A stretch of DNA of 64,000 nucleotides from Geosiphon pyriformis uo1 (lineage: Eukaryota > Fungi > Glomeromycota). Location of the stretch: NCBI GenBank assembly GCA_016748015.1, contig JAAOMT010000586.1, positions 1 through 64,000 on the forward strand, in the 5' to 3' direction. Below, piece by piece: positions 1 through 10,900 of the stretch. The notes under the pieces were generated by a model. That model saw only the letters and a program-made list of their open reading frames with translations. It was not told the origin of the DNA and made no database searches. Both the position numbers and the translations under genes were made by a program. Position 1 is the stretch's first letter; each line of letters starts with the position of its first letter.

Positions 1-872
1 AAAGTATTTTCTGAACAATGAGATACGATTGAGTAGATGTATATTGATAGGAATTTTTAGTTTGAAAAATCTAAATAATTTTCTCCTAATTATTCTAACA
101 ACCATTCCCCGCATTATATCCAATTTTGATGGAAAACATCTAATAAAAGCCAAGGAAATTTAGAATGACGAAAAAAGTAAAAACTCATTCTAAAGTGTAG
201 TCACACTTAGTACCTAAATTGTTCCTACCCCTAAAAAGTTAAACTTTAGGCAAGGCTTACACTTTTTACAACGCACGACCAACCACCCGGATATATAAAT
301 TTATCTTGAATCTTTTCTTAAATAAAAAATAATTATTGCTGTGAAATTTTCCATTAAAGAATTGATTAATTGTACCGTATAATTCGGCACAAAAAAATCT
401 TTTCATTTTATGCTTTATTAACTTTTATAGACCGAGTTCACTTGATACTTTCATAGTGAAAATTATCAGAAAAAATTTGAATTTGGTCAAGTTTTTGTAT
501 TTATTCGAGCTTGGCAAAACAAAACCCATAAATAGCGGAATAAATAACTGAAGTTTGCATCGTTTCAAAATCATGTTCCCAATATTTCACAAGAGTTGAG
601 GTTTTGAATCATAACTCCCAAAAAGAAATCTTAGCATCAGAATTTTAATGTTACATGAAAAGTAGAATCACTGTATAAGGTAAAATGACAAAGAAAAGAT
701 ATGTGGCGAGTTGTGATATTAACTTTCCACAAAAACCTTATTAGACTCATTGATAAATGGTTCTAACCGTGTAACTAAGGTCTTTTAAACAAAGTAAAAG
801 TATTTAAAGAAGATATTGCTGCTTCTGCCTTTTTCCAGTTCTTACATTATCACTGAACTTCTATTTAAAAAA

Positions 873-1850
873 ATGTCAAGCAATAACGCACTACTTTTGG
901 CTGCTGGCCTTTCAAAAATTCTTAACCAAGCTGTTTTGACCCAGGAAGATGCTAAGAAGAAGGCTGGGTTTTCTCGCAAAATAATTGACCTCGACGCCTT
1001 ACATAAAATAAGTTTGGTTGGTGGTAATATTTATTCTGAAAAGGCTATTGCCAATCATCAATCAAGACCAATCTACAAAGTAGGCTCGACTGAAACTGCT
1101 AGTACTCATCAAGTCTTTGTCAAGACCCTGACTGGAAAGACTGTAACTATTGAGGTTAACTCGAGCGATACTATTGATTACCTAAAACAAAAGATCGCAG
1201 CAAAGGAAGGTATCCCCCTAGATCAACAACGCCTTATTTTTGCTGGAAAACAACTTGAAGATGACCACACCGTGGCTGAGTATGATATTCAACGAGAGAG
1301 TACAGTCCATCTCATGTTGCGTATTCGTGGTGGTTATGCTAATCCCAGTATTCATGTTATCAGTTCTAACTGCTTAGATCCACAATTCGACTTTGACTTT
1401 ACCAATATTAAAGATACTAGGAGTTTCACTCGAGGAGTGTTACCCTATGTTCGTCCATGTGGTTGGAACCGAATTGCATTGAAAGTGTCAGATAAATATG
1501 GGTTGGATAATGAATGGCTTGGAGTCTCTTCAACTGCTTGGCCCGTTTCTTACCATGGAACTGGTAAACATAATGCAAAATCAATTGCCGAAGAGGGGTA
1601 TTTGTTGAGTAAAGGAAAACGATTCATGTTTGGCCATGGAATCTATTCAACCCCTGATATAAAGGTTGCCGAGTTATATGCCGAAAAGTTCACCTTTAAA
1701 GGCATTCAATATAGTATTGTTGTGCAGAATAGAGTCAATCCCGCAACACTTGCTCGCATCCCCCGGGAAAAAACAGGTCTTGGTGAATATTGGATATCAT
1801 CCCAAAACGAAGATATCCGCGCATATGGTATCTGCATCAAGAGACTATGA
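873..1850 (+). CDS. Ubiquitin-like domain fused to a PARP-like (NEURL4/Gig2-type) ADP-ribosyltransferase domain, copy 1 (325 aa, intronless)
   Basis: ATG at 873 matches the paralogue's start; the track's 816 start is TTG. Ubiquitin domain ~1110-1334 ([11 protein letters not shown]...[13 protein letters not shown]...LMLRIRGG). C-terminal domain has [12 protein letters not shown]...AELY, GEYW and IRAYGICIK, consistent with an H-Y-E ART fold. Confidence 0.85.
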   Translation: MSSNNALLLAAGLSKILNQAVLTQEDAKKKAGFSRKIIDLDALHKISLVGGNIYSEKAIANHQSRPIYKVGSTETASTHQVFVKTLTGKTVTIEVNSSDTIDYLKQKIAAKEGIPLDQQRLIFAGKQLEDDHTVAEYDIQRESTVHLMLRIRGGYANPSIHVISSNCLDPQFDFDFTNIKDTRSFTRGVLPYVRPCGWNRIALKVSDKYGLDNEWLGVSSTAWPVSYHGTGKHNAKSIAEEGYLLSKGKRFMFGHGIYSTPDIKVAELYAEKFTFKGIQYSIVVQNRVNPATLARIPREKTGLGEYWISSQNEDIRAYGICIKRL

Positions 1851-2242
1851 TGACAGCGATTTAATTTTGGCTTTCTTTATTGGATGAGGAAACACTATTT
1901 ATAATGTTAGCTTCTAAATTATTAGTTTTTTTACCAAATATGAAATATTTCTCCTATGTTGTATTGTTTATCTACCAAAAGCTCAATGATAGTAGTTTTA
2001 AATTTTTGCTTTTTAATAAAAATTCATATTATGCAAGATAATAAAATTTATTTTGGAAAACTATGGAAATTCACCGACTCTTAACAATTCAAGAATTATA
2101 TTAAAAGACAAATTGGAATTAATTATAGTAATATTTTAGATATTTTGAATCGGTGAATCTGGTGAATGTGGGATAGCCTTGTTAAACAAAACTTCATTAT
2201 TTCAATATATATTCTTTCAAAACAAACTTTATAATATATGTA

Positions 2243-2760
2243 CTCCGGGGCTACACAAAATTAAAACGATTATTTCAAAATAAGATATGTCTGCCGCAAA
2301 GATTATGCATTGGACCAAAAAGGATTGGCGACTTATTCTTTCGACAGTTAAATCCTCTATAAGCACTGATTCGTATGCAAAATTTCGTATATGGTGTCAT
2401 AAAAGTGAGCTTCACAATTCTAATCAAACTGGTCGTATAATTTATCCAATGATTATGACCGCTGAAAAAGCAATATTTCAGGAAAAAAACACTCCAATGT
2501 ACAAGTGCAAACTTGTGAAAGATCTCCAAGATAATCTTGGTTTTGTGACTTTATAATCGCCAATAGAAAATATGTGAAGGAAAGTTAAAAATTGGATTCT
2601 CCAAAACCGAAAGCAAGGAACAGAGGATTAATTGGAGAAGGCAGTCTTTTACGTAGAATGCACTTCCATTGCTCGATTTATTGACTCGATGTTAAAACGT
2701 GTTAAAGAAGTTATAAAAAATAAAGGGTTATGTGACCTAGTGATATACGTTTTTTTTCAT
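2243..2760 (+). mobile_element. Degenerate, internally deleted Tc1/mariner transposon fragment between the duplicated units
   Basis: HWTKKDWRLIL resembles the Tc1 W..edW.kvlwsDE segment, and an SPIENM* remnant near 2556-2577 matches SPDLNPIENxW. Begins after TA at 2241-2242, where similarity to unit 2 stops. No complete right TIR seen. Confidence 0.6.
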
Positions 2761-3036
2761 TAATGAAGTCATATTAAAAAAATACTGATTAAGCAAGCTA
2801 TCGATCTATAACCGTAGTAAGGTAAAGTGATAAGGAAATAATATGTGGGCGTACAGCGATGTGTGATATGAGCTTTCCAACAAAACCTCAATTCAGGAAA
2901 TAATCTTGTTCATTGGATTTATTAATAAATGCCTATGACTGCGGTCTTTTAAACAAAGTAAAAGTATTTAAAGAAAATATTGGTGCTTCTGCCTTTTTCC
3001 AGTTCTTACACTCTTACTTAGCTTTCATTTAAAAAA

Positions 3037-4116
3037 ATGTCAAGCTATAACGCACTACTTTTGGCTGCTGGCCTTTCAAAAATCCTCGACCTACCTGTTT
3101 TGACCCAGGAAGAGGCAACGCAGAAGCCTGGTTTTTCTCACCAAATAATTAATGTCGACGCCCTACATAAAATAAATTTGGTCGGTGGCAATGTCTATTC
3201 TAACCAAAATACTGAAACTGCTATTGCCAATCATCGACCGAGACCAATCGGAGGTTCGAATGTCGGAACTACCAATCATCAACCAACACCAATCCTCAAC
3301 GGAGGCTCAACTGCTGATATTCCCTTTAATATATTAACAATAAGAGGCACAGGCTGGACTAAACCGAGTGATCAGCCAGAAATAATCTATGTCAAGACCT
3401 TGACTGGAATGACTCTAACTCTTGAGTTTAACTCTAGCGATACTATTGATTGCCTAAAAAAAAAGATCACAGCACAGGAAGGTATCCCCCCAGATCAACA
3501 ACGCCTTTTTATTGCTGGAAAACAACTTGAAGATGACCGCACCCTGTCAGACTATAATATTAACCCAAAGAGTACACTTCATTTGGTGTTGCGTTTGCGT
3601 GGTGGCAATGCTAGTATCCATGTTATCAGTCCTAACTGCTTAGATCCACAATTCGACTTTGACTTTACCAATATTAAAGATACTGAGATTTTCACTCGAG
3701 GAGCGTTTCCCTATGTTCGTCCATGTGGTTGGAAACGAATTGCACTGAAAGTTTCAGATAAATATGGGTTGAATAATGAATGGCTTGGAGTCTCTTCAAC
3801 TGCTTGGCCCGTTTCTTACCATGGAACTGGTAAACATAATGCAAAATCTATTGCCGAAGAGGGGTATTTGTTGAGTAAAGGAAAACGATTCGCGTTTGGC
3901 CATGGAATCTATTCAACTCCTGATATAAAGGTTGCCGAGTTATATGCCGAAAAGTTCACCTTTGGCGGCAATCAATATTGTATTGTTGTGCAGAATAGAG
4001 TCAATCCCGCAACACTTGCTCACGTCCCCCGAGAAAAGACAGGTCTTGGTGAATATTGGATATCACCCCAAAACGAAGATATCCGCGCATATGGTATCTG
4101 CATCAAAAGACTATGA
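3037..4116 (+). CDS. Ubiquitin-like domain fused to ART domain, copy 2 (359 aa, intronless)
   Basis: Intact ORF paralogous to 873-1850. Ubiquitin domain ~3382-3606 ends [11 protein letters not shown] domain nearly identical to copy 1. Longer linker with a duplicated NHxPxPI-GGS segment. Confidence 0.85.
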   Translation: MSSYNALLLAAGLSKILDLPVLTQEEATQKPGFSHQIINVDALHKINLVGGNVYSNQNTETAIANHRPRPIGGSNVGTTNHQPTPILNGGSTADIPFNILTIRGTGWTKPSDQPEIIYVKTLTGMTLTLEFNSSDTIDCLKKKITAQEGIPPDQQRLFIAGKQLEDDRTLSDYNINPKSTLHLVLRLRGGNASIHVISPNCLDPQFDFDFTNIKDTEIFTRGAFPYVRPCGWKRIALKVSDKYGLNNEWLGVSSTAWPVSYHGTGKHNAKSIAEEGYLLSKGKRFAFGHGIYSTPDIKVAELYAEKFTFGGNQYCIVVQNRVNPATLAHVPREKTGLGEYWISPQNEDIRAYGICIKRL

Positions 4117-5022
4117 TAATAGCGATTCAATTTTGGCTTTCTTTATTGAATGAGGAAACATTATTTATAATGTTGCTAGTCTTTTATCAAATATGAAATA
4201 TTTCTAATATGTGGTATTTGTATCTGCTAAAAGCTCTAAATTTTTATATTAAAGTTTGCTTTTTTAATAAAGATTTCAAATTATGCAAGTTAATTAAATT
4301 AATTTTTGAAAACTATGGAAATTCACTGGCTCTTTACAATTCAAGAATTATATTAAAAGGCCGATAGGAATTATTTATAGTAATATTTTGGATACTTTGA
4401 ATCTGGAATAGCGTTGTTAAATAAAACTTCATCCTATTTCAATGAATATGTTGCTCGAATACAAAAAAATATTCTTTGTAATACATGTACTTTCTTGACA
4501 TGACATTAGACAAGTGTTCTATCAAAGAACAATTATTATTATTTTTATTAAGCTGAATTGCTTTCGTTCAATTTTAGAAATATCGGGCCTTGAATTTTTC
4601 CAATTGTTGTCTTTAATACTTTCCAATTTTCGGTCAATCAAGAATTTCAATCAGAAATAATTTTATCTATAATCTTTTCCGAGGACTTTGCTTTCTCGGA
4701 GTAACTTGATCTTTGCTATTTATCTCGGTTATTCCAAATATTAATCCGATGTTCTTTCATCATATGCGGAAACCGGATCTATTGATTCATTTACGATAGA
4801 AATTTTGTCAACACCCATTGATGATCTCTGGAGTTGCAGCAAAAAATGATAATTTATAAATTCTCTGAAACTTTCATCTTTTATTTGTTCAACCAAACAC
4901 AATTTTAGACTTAAATCTTACAATTTGCTTGTCTGTTGTTCTTAAACTTAAGGACGCATCTCGATGCCTATGAGCTTGAAATTGTCAAACTACCGCTTAA
5001 ATCAGCTATCATTGATATTCAC

Positions 5023-6534
5023 ATGGATCAAACAAAGGCCCCTCTGATAATATGGTTTCGAACAATTTTATCTAAAAATTCCAGCATCATAATTATTTTA
5101 CTCGCCATTTTATTGATGAGTACATATTCATTGCTCGGAAATTCATTGAAGTTTACTTTGAAAAGAAAATACGAAATGATTTTAGCAAAGCAAGTTTCCC
5201 ACATTAATAACCAACAAAATTGGAATAAAAAATTGGGTCCAATTTCGAATTTAGGGGATTTTCAAAACATTTTGAAACACACGATTGAAGATCAAAAGAC
5301 GAAAGAGTATCAGGAAACGCATGAACAAAGCATTGATACAAAACCTTCAATATTGAGTCCAAGAACATTGCCCGATATAAAGAAAAAGGAAATATTGGTA
5401 GCTTCAAATGACAAAACAGCACTGGATGAAATCAAGCTTCCCGTCACCGATTCAAGATTGAATGAATTTAAAAAATATTTATTTTACGCCCAACAGGCTT
5501 ATTGTCTTTCAAATGAATATAATTTATACCAAGGCATTCATGGTAATCAATTGAAAATTTTTCTCTCTCCACGAACTTAAAAAATTTGAATTTATAGAAT
5601 ATTCAAGAAATTTCACATGTAAAGAATATTAATTTCCAAAATAGCAAAATTAGAAAAAGTGGATGGAGAATTAATAGTCTACTTCAAAGGACCTGTAATA
5701 ACGAAAGAAAAATGGGAGAAAAGAATAAATGTTTTGGTCGATTACCCATATGAAGTCAAGGCGACTGTTGATGGAATATTTTTGGGACAATTCGTTCAAT
5801 TGGGTCAAATTCTACTTGTCAAAATTCTTTCTTTTTTTCGATATAATCCGACTTATCATCAAGTTCGATTAATCGGGCATGACATTGGTGGTGGTGAGAA
5901 TATTCAATTATTACAATATTTTTTTATTTGAATAAAATGAAGAAAAGATATTTTTACTTAATAAAATTTAAATTTGGGCATCATATTCAACTCTTTTTTC
6001 TTCAGTCCATGCTATTCTCACAGCTCTGGCAATAGAAAAATTCAACATGAATTTAGAAATTACGGTCTATACTCTCGGCCAACCACGAATAGGAAACAAA
6101 CAATTTTCACATTACGTTAATAAAAAAATTAAAGTGTACCGTATAACAAGGTCTGGCGATAATATATCACAATATCCACAACCTTCTGATATTTATTCGC
6201 ATCATGAACGAGAACATTGGATTTTACCTGGCGATTGTGATTGTAATACACCTGATCTGGTTTTTGAATGTCGAGGCAAGAAAAGCTCGGATTCAAATAA
6301 TGGGCAGGAATATTTCAATGAGCCAACGGTTTGTTAACCTATTTTGAAGTATATTAAAAGTATTATCGATTTTAACATTGTTTTTACTTTACCTTTTCGC
6401 GACAGTTGTGCAACAAGCAGGCATTCAATAAAAATCCATTCTCAGATGTTGAACATTGGGGTCCATACTTCGGTTACTATATGATTTGCCCAGATATATC
6501 AAAATCAATTCACATGCTTTCTCGAAATTCATGA
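5023..6534 (+). CDS. Class 3 lipase-family homologue, predicted catalytically inactive, N-terminal TM anchor; exons 5023-5542, 5645-5893, 6006-6328, 6406-6534 (~406 aa)
   Basis: GT-AG introns join the track ORFs in frame. Motifs AYC, VYFKG, IGHDIGGVHA (canonical GHSLGG), YTLGQPRIGN, RITRSGDNISQYP, YSHHEREHWI, EHWGPYFG. Hydrophobic segment IIIILLAILLM. Start ATG is a best guess. Confidence 0.85.
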
Positions 6535-7783
6535 ATTTGAATTCAAAGACAATTCATCAATCAAAAACTTGTAAAAAAGCATTTTAAGCTTCCAATATTA
6601 AAGACAAGATAGATTTATAGTAATTTTGCAAAAGCAAAATATTAATTTTAATTTAATGTAGTCACCTTTATTTTTTGACATAATTCAAATTAAGTTCTTT
6701 AAATTAAAGAAGGCTGTATTTCTACCATTAGCACGGTAAAGTTTAGAGATCGCAGGAGTGTCTAAAATATAAATATTTGAACAGATAAAAAGCAGTGATA
6801 TTTCGTTTTATTTTGGTTGACCATTTTCATGGGTATTTGTCAATTGATGACAATCAGCCATTTATAAAAAGATAAATTTTGAAAAAAAAAATTGGCTCTA
6901 ATTAATTTAAATCATATAATCATAATTGATTGTCAGTTAATAACAATTAAAAGTTAAAAGAAAGAAATTGGGTTTAAAATGTTTATTTTTCAATTAATTT
7001 TTAATTTTTGGTTCTGAATTAAAAATAACTAGTTATTTTGGATTTACAAATTAGTTTTTTAAAACCAAGTTTAAGAAACAAAAAAAATTAATATTATGCA
7101 CATCAAAATTTAAATTCATTTAAGCCTTGAATAATATAATATTGATTTGCTTTACTAGATTTTACCTCAAAAGAAGTGAGTTTCAGATGAGAGGATTGAA
7201 GAAAGGAAAAATCTTTAATAGGTTGATAAGCTTTTATCTAAAATAAGTTCAAGTCTATTCCAAAAACACCGAAAAATGAAGGAGAGCAATGGAAGTTTTT
7301 TATTAGTGTGCCTAATAAGGGTTTTTAATCAATATTGAAATCAAACATTGTATTGATACATATTTATTAATTTAATCACTTATTATTTATTCAATCAAAT
7401 AGTAGATCTCAACATAAAAACGAGGGAGATTTGCTCTAATTTCGGGATTTTGATAAAAGCTTAGTTTGTTTCAAGTGTTAGACATTTGGTTTAAGAATCC
7501 TCCAGTTATTTATAGCTATCTAACATTTATTTGTGTTTTTGTTGCGTTTTTCCCATGATAAAAAATGGAATAAAGTGAAGACCATGCCATTAAATAGTTT
7601 TCCCGAATTGTAGATCAAGGCGGCTCAATTTTTTGACTATAATAATCTTGGTTGACAGGAATTTTTGTCAAAATTTTTTTTCAAAGGATTGAATTTTTTG
7701 ACAACATATTAATTGATATTTTTAACAAAAGATTAAGATTTTAATCAAAATCCACCATAAACTCCCATTTTATAACTGATAAA

Positions 7784-7990
7784 ATGATATTTAAAGCCTG
7801 GGAGATCATAACAATTGTTACAATTGGTTTCACGGTCTTATTCATAATTATCAATATCTATTTATTATATATACATAATTATTTGAGCCGAAATACGATT
7901 AAAAGATTATTTGGTCTTCGTCCAAGTTCTGAAAAAGGCCAACAAATTTTACCAATGAACATGCCTCCGATTATTATTACTGCTCCATGA
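7784..7990 (+). CDS. Putative small single-pass membrane protein (68 aa)
   Basis: ATG in aaaATG context, ~25-residue hydrophobic N-terminal segment, basic juxtamembrane stretch, Pro-rich tail, aataaa signals near 8170-8190. No recognised family. Confidence 0.4.
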   Translation: MIFKAWEIITIVTIGFTVLFIIINIYLLYIHNYLSRNTIKRLFGLRPSSEKGQQILPMNMPPIIITAP

Positions 7991-10900
7991 TCTGTAGAGA
8001 ATTTTACCATTAAGGCCAACCTAATATTCATCTGTCAATGATAAACGGTAAATTGACAATGACCCCCTTTGAATATTTTCCATAAATTCAAATGGATTAT
8101 CGACATGGATTACTCGTGGGAATTTTTTTATTTTTTTTCATCGATTTTTATCATTGTAGCAATGCAAAAAATAAAACAATAAATAAATAGAATAATTATA
8201 AAAATGTTTTTTTTTTCATATGATCTAGATCACTCTCTACCTTTCTTTATCAATCTTAATTCCTTGTACCATGATTTTATCATTGAGTTGGAACCTTTTT
8301 TACTTTATTTTTTAATATTTGTACAGTAAATATTTGTAATAATTTCTCAATTCAATTCTTTCAAAAAATTGTTTGTCTTTCGTTCTTCAAAACCTTTTAT
8401 CATGAATATCCTCATTATTACATGTGAACATAATATTTTTTTAATTTGGAAATCACATTTATCAATTATTAACATGGATGTTCATCATAATAACAGAAAG
8501 AATTGATTCCTAGAAAAATTTGCATGTAGATCTGGAATTACTAGTCTTCCATCCAAAACATTATGATAACCTTTTTTGTTCCCACCTTGAGAATTTTTTT
8601 TGGCTTTATTATCCATTAAAGGTATGTTTTCTTTTCGGAAACAAAAACTCTGGAATGAAAATCTTCGGCAAATAAGTTATACAATTTTGGTATCAATATT
8701 TGAATTTACATATTTATTTAATCAGAAGATTTTCGAAATTTTACAAAAAGATATCCTTTTTTTTATGTATCCTACCATGATTTTATTGAAAATGTTTTTT
8801 TGGGGGATACCAACTTTTAAACTTGAAATGAAAAGTATTTTGTACTTGATCTAAAATTTTTCTCATTTTATTATAATGAGAAAAGAAATTGTATAAGAAA
8901 AGTAAATTTTTGGATCTTGTAAAATTTAGAATTTTCTCAAGGTTTCGACTAATGCTAATTTACTTTTTCCAAAGCTATCAAATGGCTGAGAGGCAAAAGA
9001 ATTTCAATATTTATAAAAGTTTATTAAATTTTTAATCCGTATTTAAATTTATTTATAGATTAACAAAATATTGTTTAATTTGGTCTTTTTGTTATTATAA
9101 ATAAAAAAAATTATTTAATAACTTTTAAACCATATTTTTTTAATAAAGTAATTTCAATATCATAAAATGATGTAAATCTGTTTGACAACTTTTTTAACTT
9201 GAATTCAAGAATAAGAATTACATAACTGAAAAATATTTTGAAGACACACAGTCTGTTTAAGAGTCAATTCAAAATTTCAATTTTTTTGTGAATTTTCAAG
9301 TATTTTTTTAAATTAATTCTAATTTTAATAGTATTATATCAAAATTCTAAAAATTCAAAGTTAATTTTATAAAATAATATTTACAGTATTTACTTATTCT
9401 GGGTCCAGTAATTCAAAACTATCTAAAGTTGGTAACAAAGTTATTAATTTTCAATAAAAAATTAAACTTTTTTTTGTTAATTATGATTTTGTCAATTCTT
9501 ATATGTTATTTATTATTATTACTCAAATTTGTTATTATTGTTGAGAATAGTAAATGCTGATTCCACAGTTTTTATTCATTTTCTTTTTTATGATCATTTT
9601 TATTTAGAATTTTTGATAATATTATTAAAAATAATAATATTTTCTGTAAATGTTTAATTAAAAGTGTTTTGTACTTTTAGTAATTGAAAAAATTACTGTT
9701 TAGATTTTTGTGGCTTAAAATACAAAAATAAATGTTATTTTTTTTCTAAATATTGTATTTATAGAAATAACTAATTCTTTGTTTCCAAATTTTTAGTCGT
9801 AATTTAAATTCTTTCACCAAAAAATTTTACTTTTGATTTTCTTGTTAAGATTATTTTTTATAAATTAAAAACAGTAAAAATATAAAATACCAGTTTTATC
9901 ATTAGTATTATTAAAAGTTTTTGTTTTTTTAATAATATTTATTTTGTAAAAAATAATTTTAGATTTAATCCTTATAAATTGTTGCAAGATCAGTTTTATA
10001 AATATCTTAATCACTATTTTTTTTTGAAAAGGTGGTAATAAGATTATCTGAAGATAAAAAAATAAGCTATACTATCAACAAAAGATAACACAGCTTATTA
10101 TAAAAAAATAATTAATCAAAGAAATTCCAAACTATTCTAAAACATTTATAAATTAGCTTCCTAATTTAATTAGTAATTAATATGCGATTTCTTTAACATA
10201 AATGGAAAAGCCAGCCGGATTTATTCTCAATTCTTCAAGTAAATCAATGTCAGTTGTGAATTAAATCTTTTATCTCATCTTTTCTGTTCTTAAACTTTAT
10301 CGTTCATTGTATTTTTCACTAATTCGCTTAAATATAACAATTAAATCTATTTTTTTAATTGTTAGCTCTGTTTTTAGAAACAATTAATCTTGTTTGAATT
10401 ATTAAAATGCTCTAAGTAGTTTAACAAAAAAACATCCAGTTGAAGGATGCTTTTTTACAACTCCAATGTGTTCAAGCTATTTCACTCTGAACTATTATTT
10501 ATAAACCAAAAATTAGCTTACTTAAAAATTTTAATAGTAATTGTTCCAAGTTCTAAGATTTTTTAAATTAAGTTCAACTTATTGTTTAGCTTCAATTCAG
10601 ATAATACTAGTCAAGTTGGACTATTTAGTATACAGCTTATGGATATGGGTCCCTTACTTAATTTGTATCATTAATTGAAAAAAAAAAATTGTTTCTTCGA
10701 AATTTCAAAGTAATTTTTGGGAATACAAACAATACCCAGATTTCAACCAATCAATTACACTCTTTTTGACAAAAAAACATTAATTAACCAATTTTATTTT
10801 AGATTGTGTGATAATGTCTAAGATTTATTTTTTAACCTTGTTAAATATTAATATATTGAGTAAAGCTATTAGAAATGCAGTTTATTGTAATAATTAACAT

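Larger units (their letters stand above)
670..4490 (+). repeat. Tandem segmental duplication (units ~670-2243 and ~2810-4490) including promoter, CDS and 3' flank of the Ub-ART genes
   Basis: Matching upstream (ggtcttttaaacaaagtaaaagtatttaaagaa) and downstream (aacaattcaagaattatattaaaag; ttgttaaa-aaaacttcat) sequence in both units. Confidence 0.9.

Noticed and set aside
1666-1887. Overlapping 73-aa ORF conserved in both duplicates (also 3932-4153)
   Set aside because: Alternate frame of the ART domain with a TTG start; conservation is explained by the duplication.
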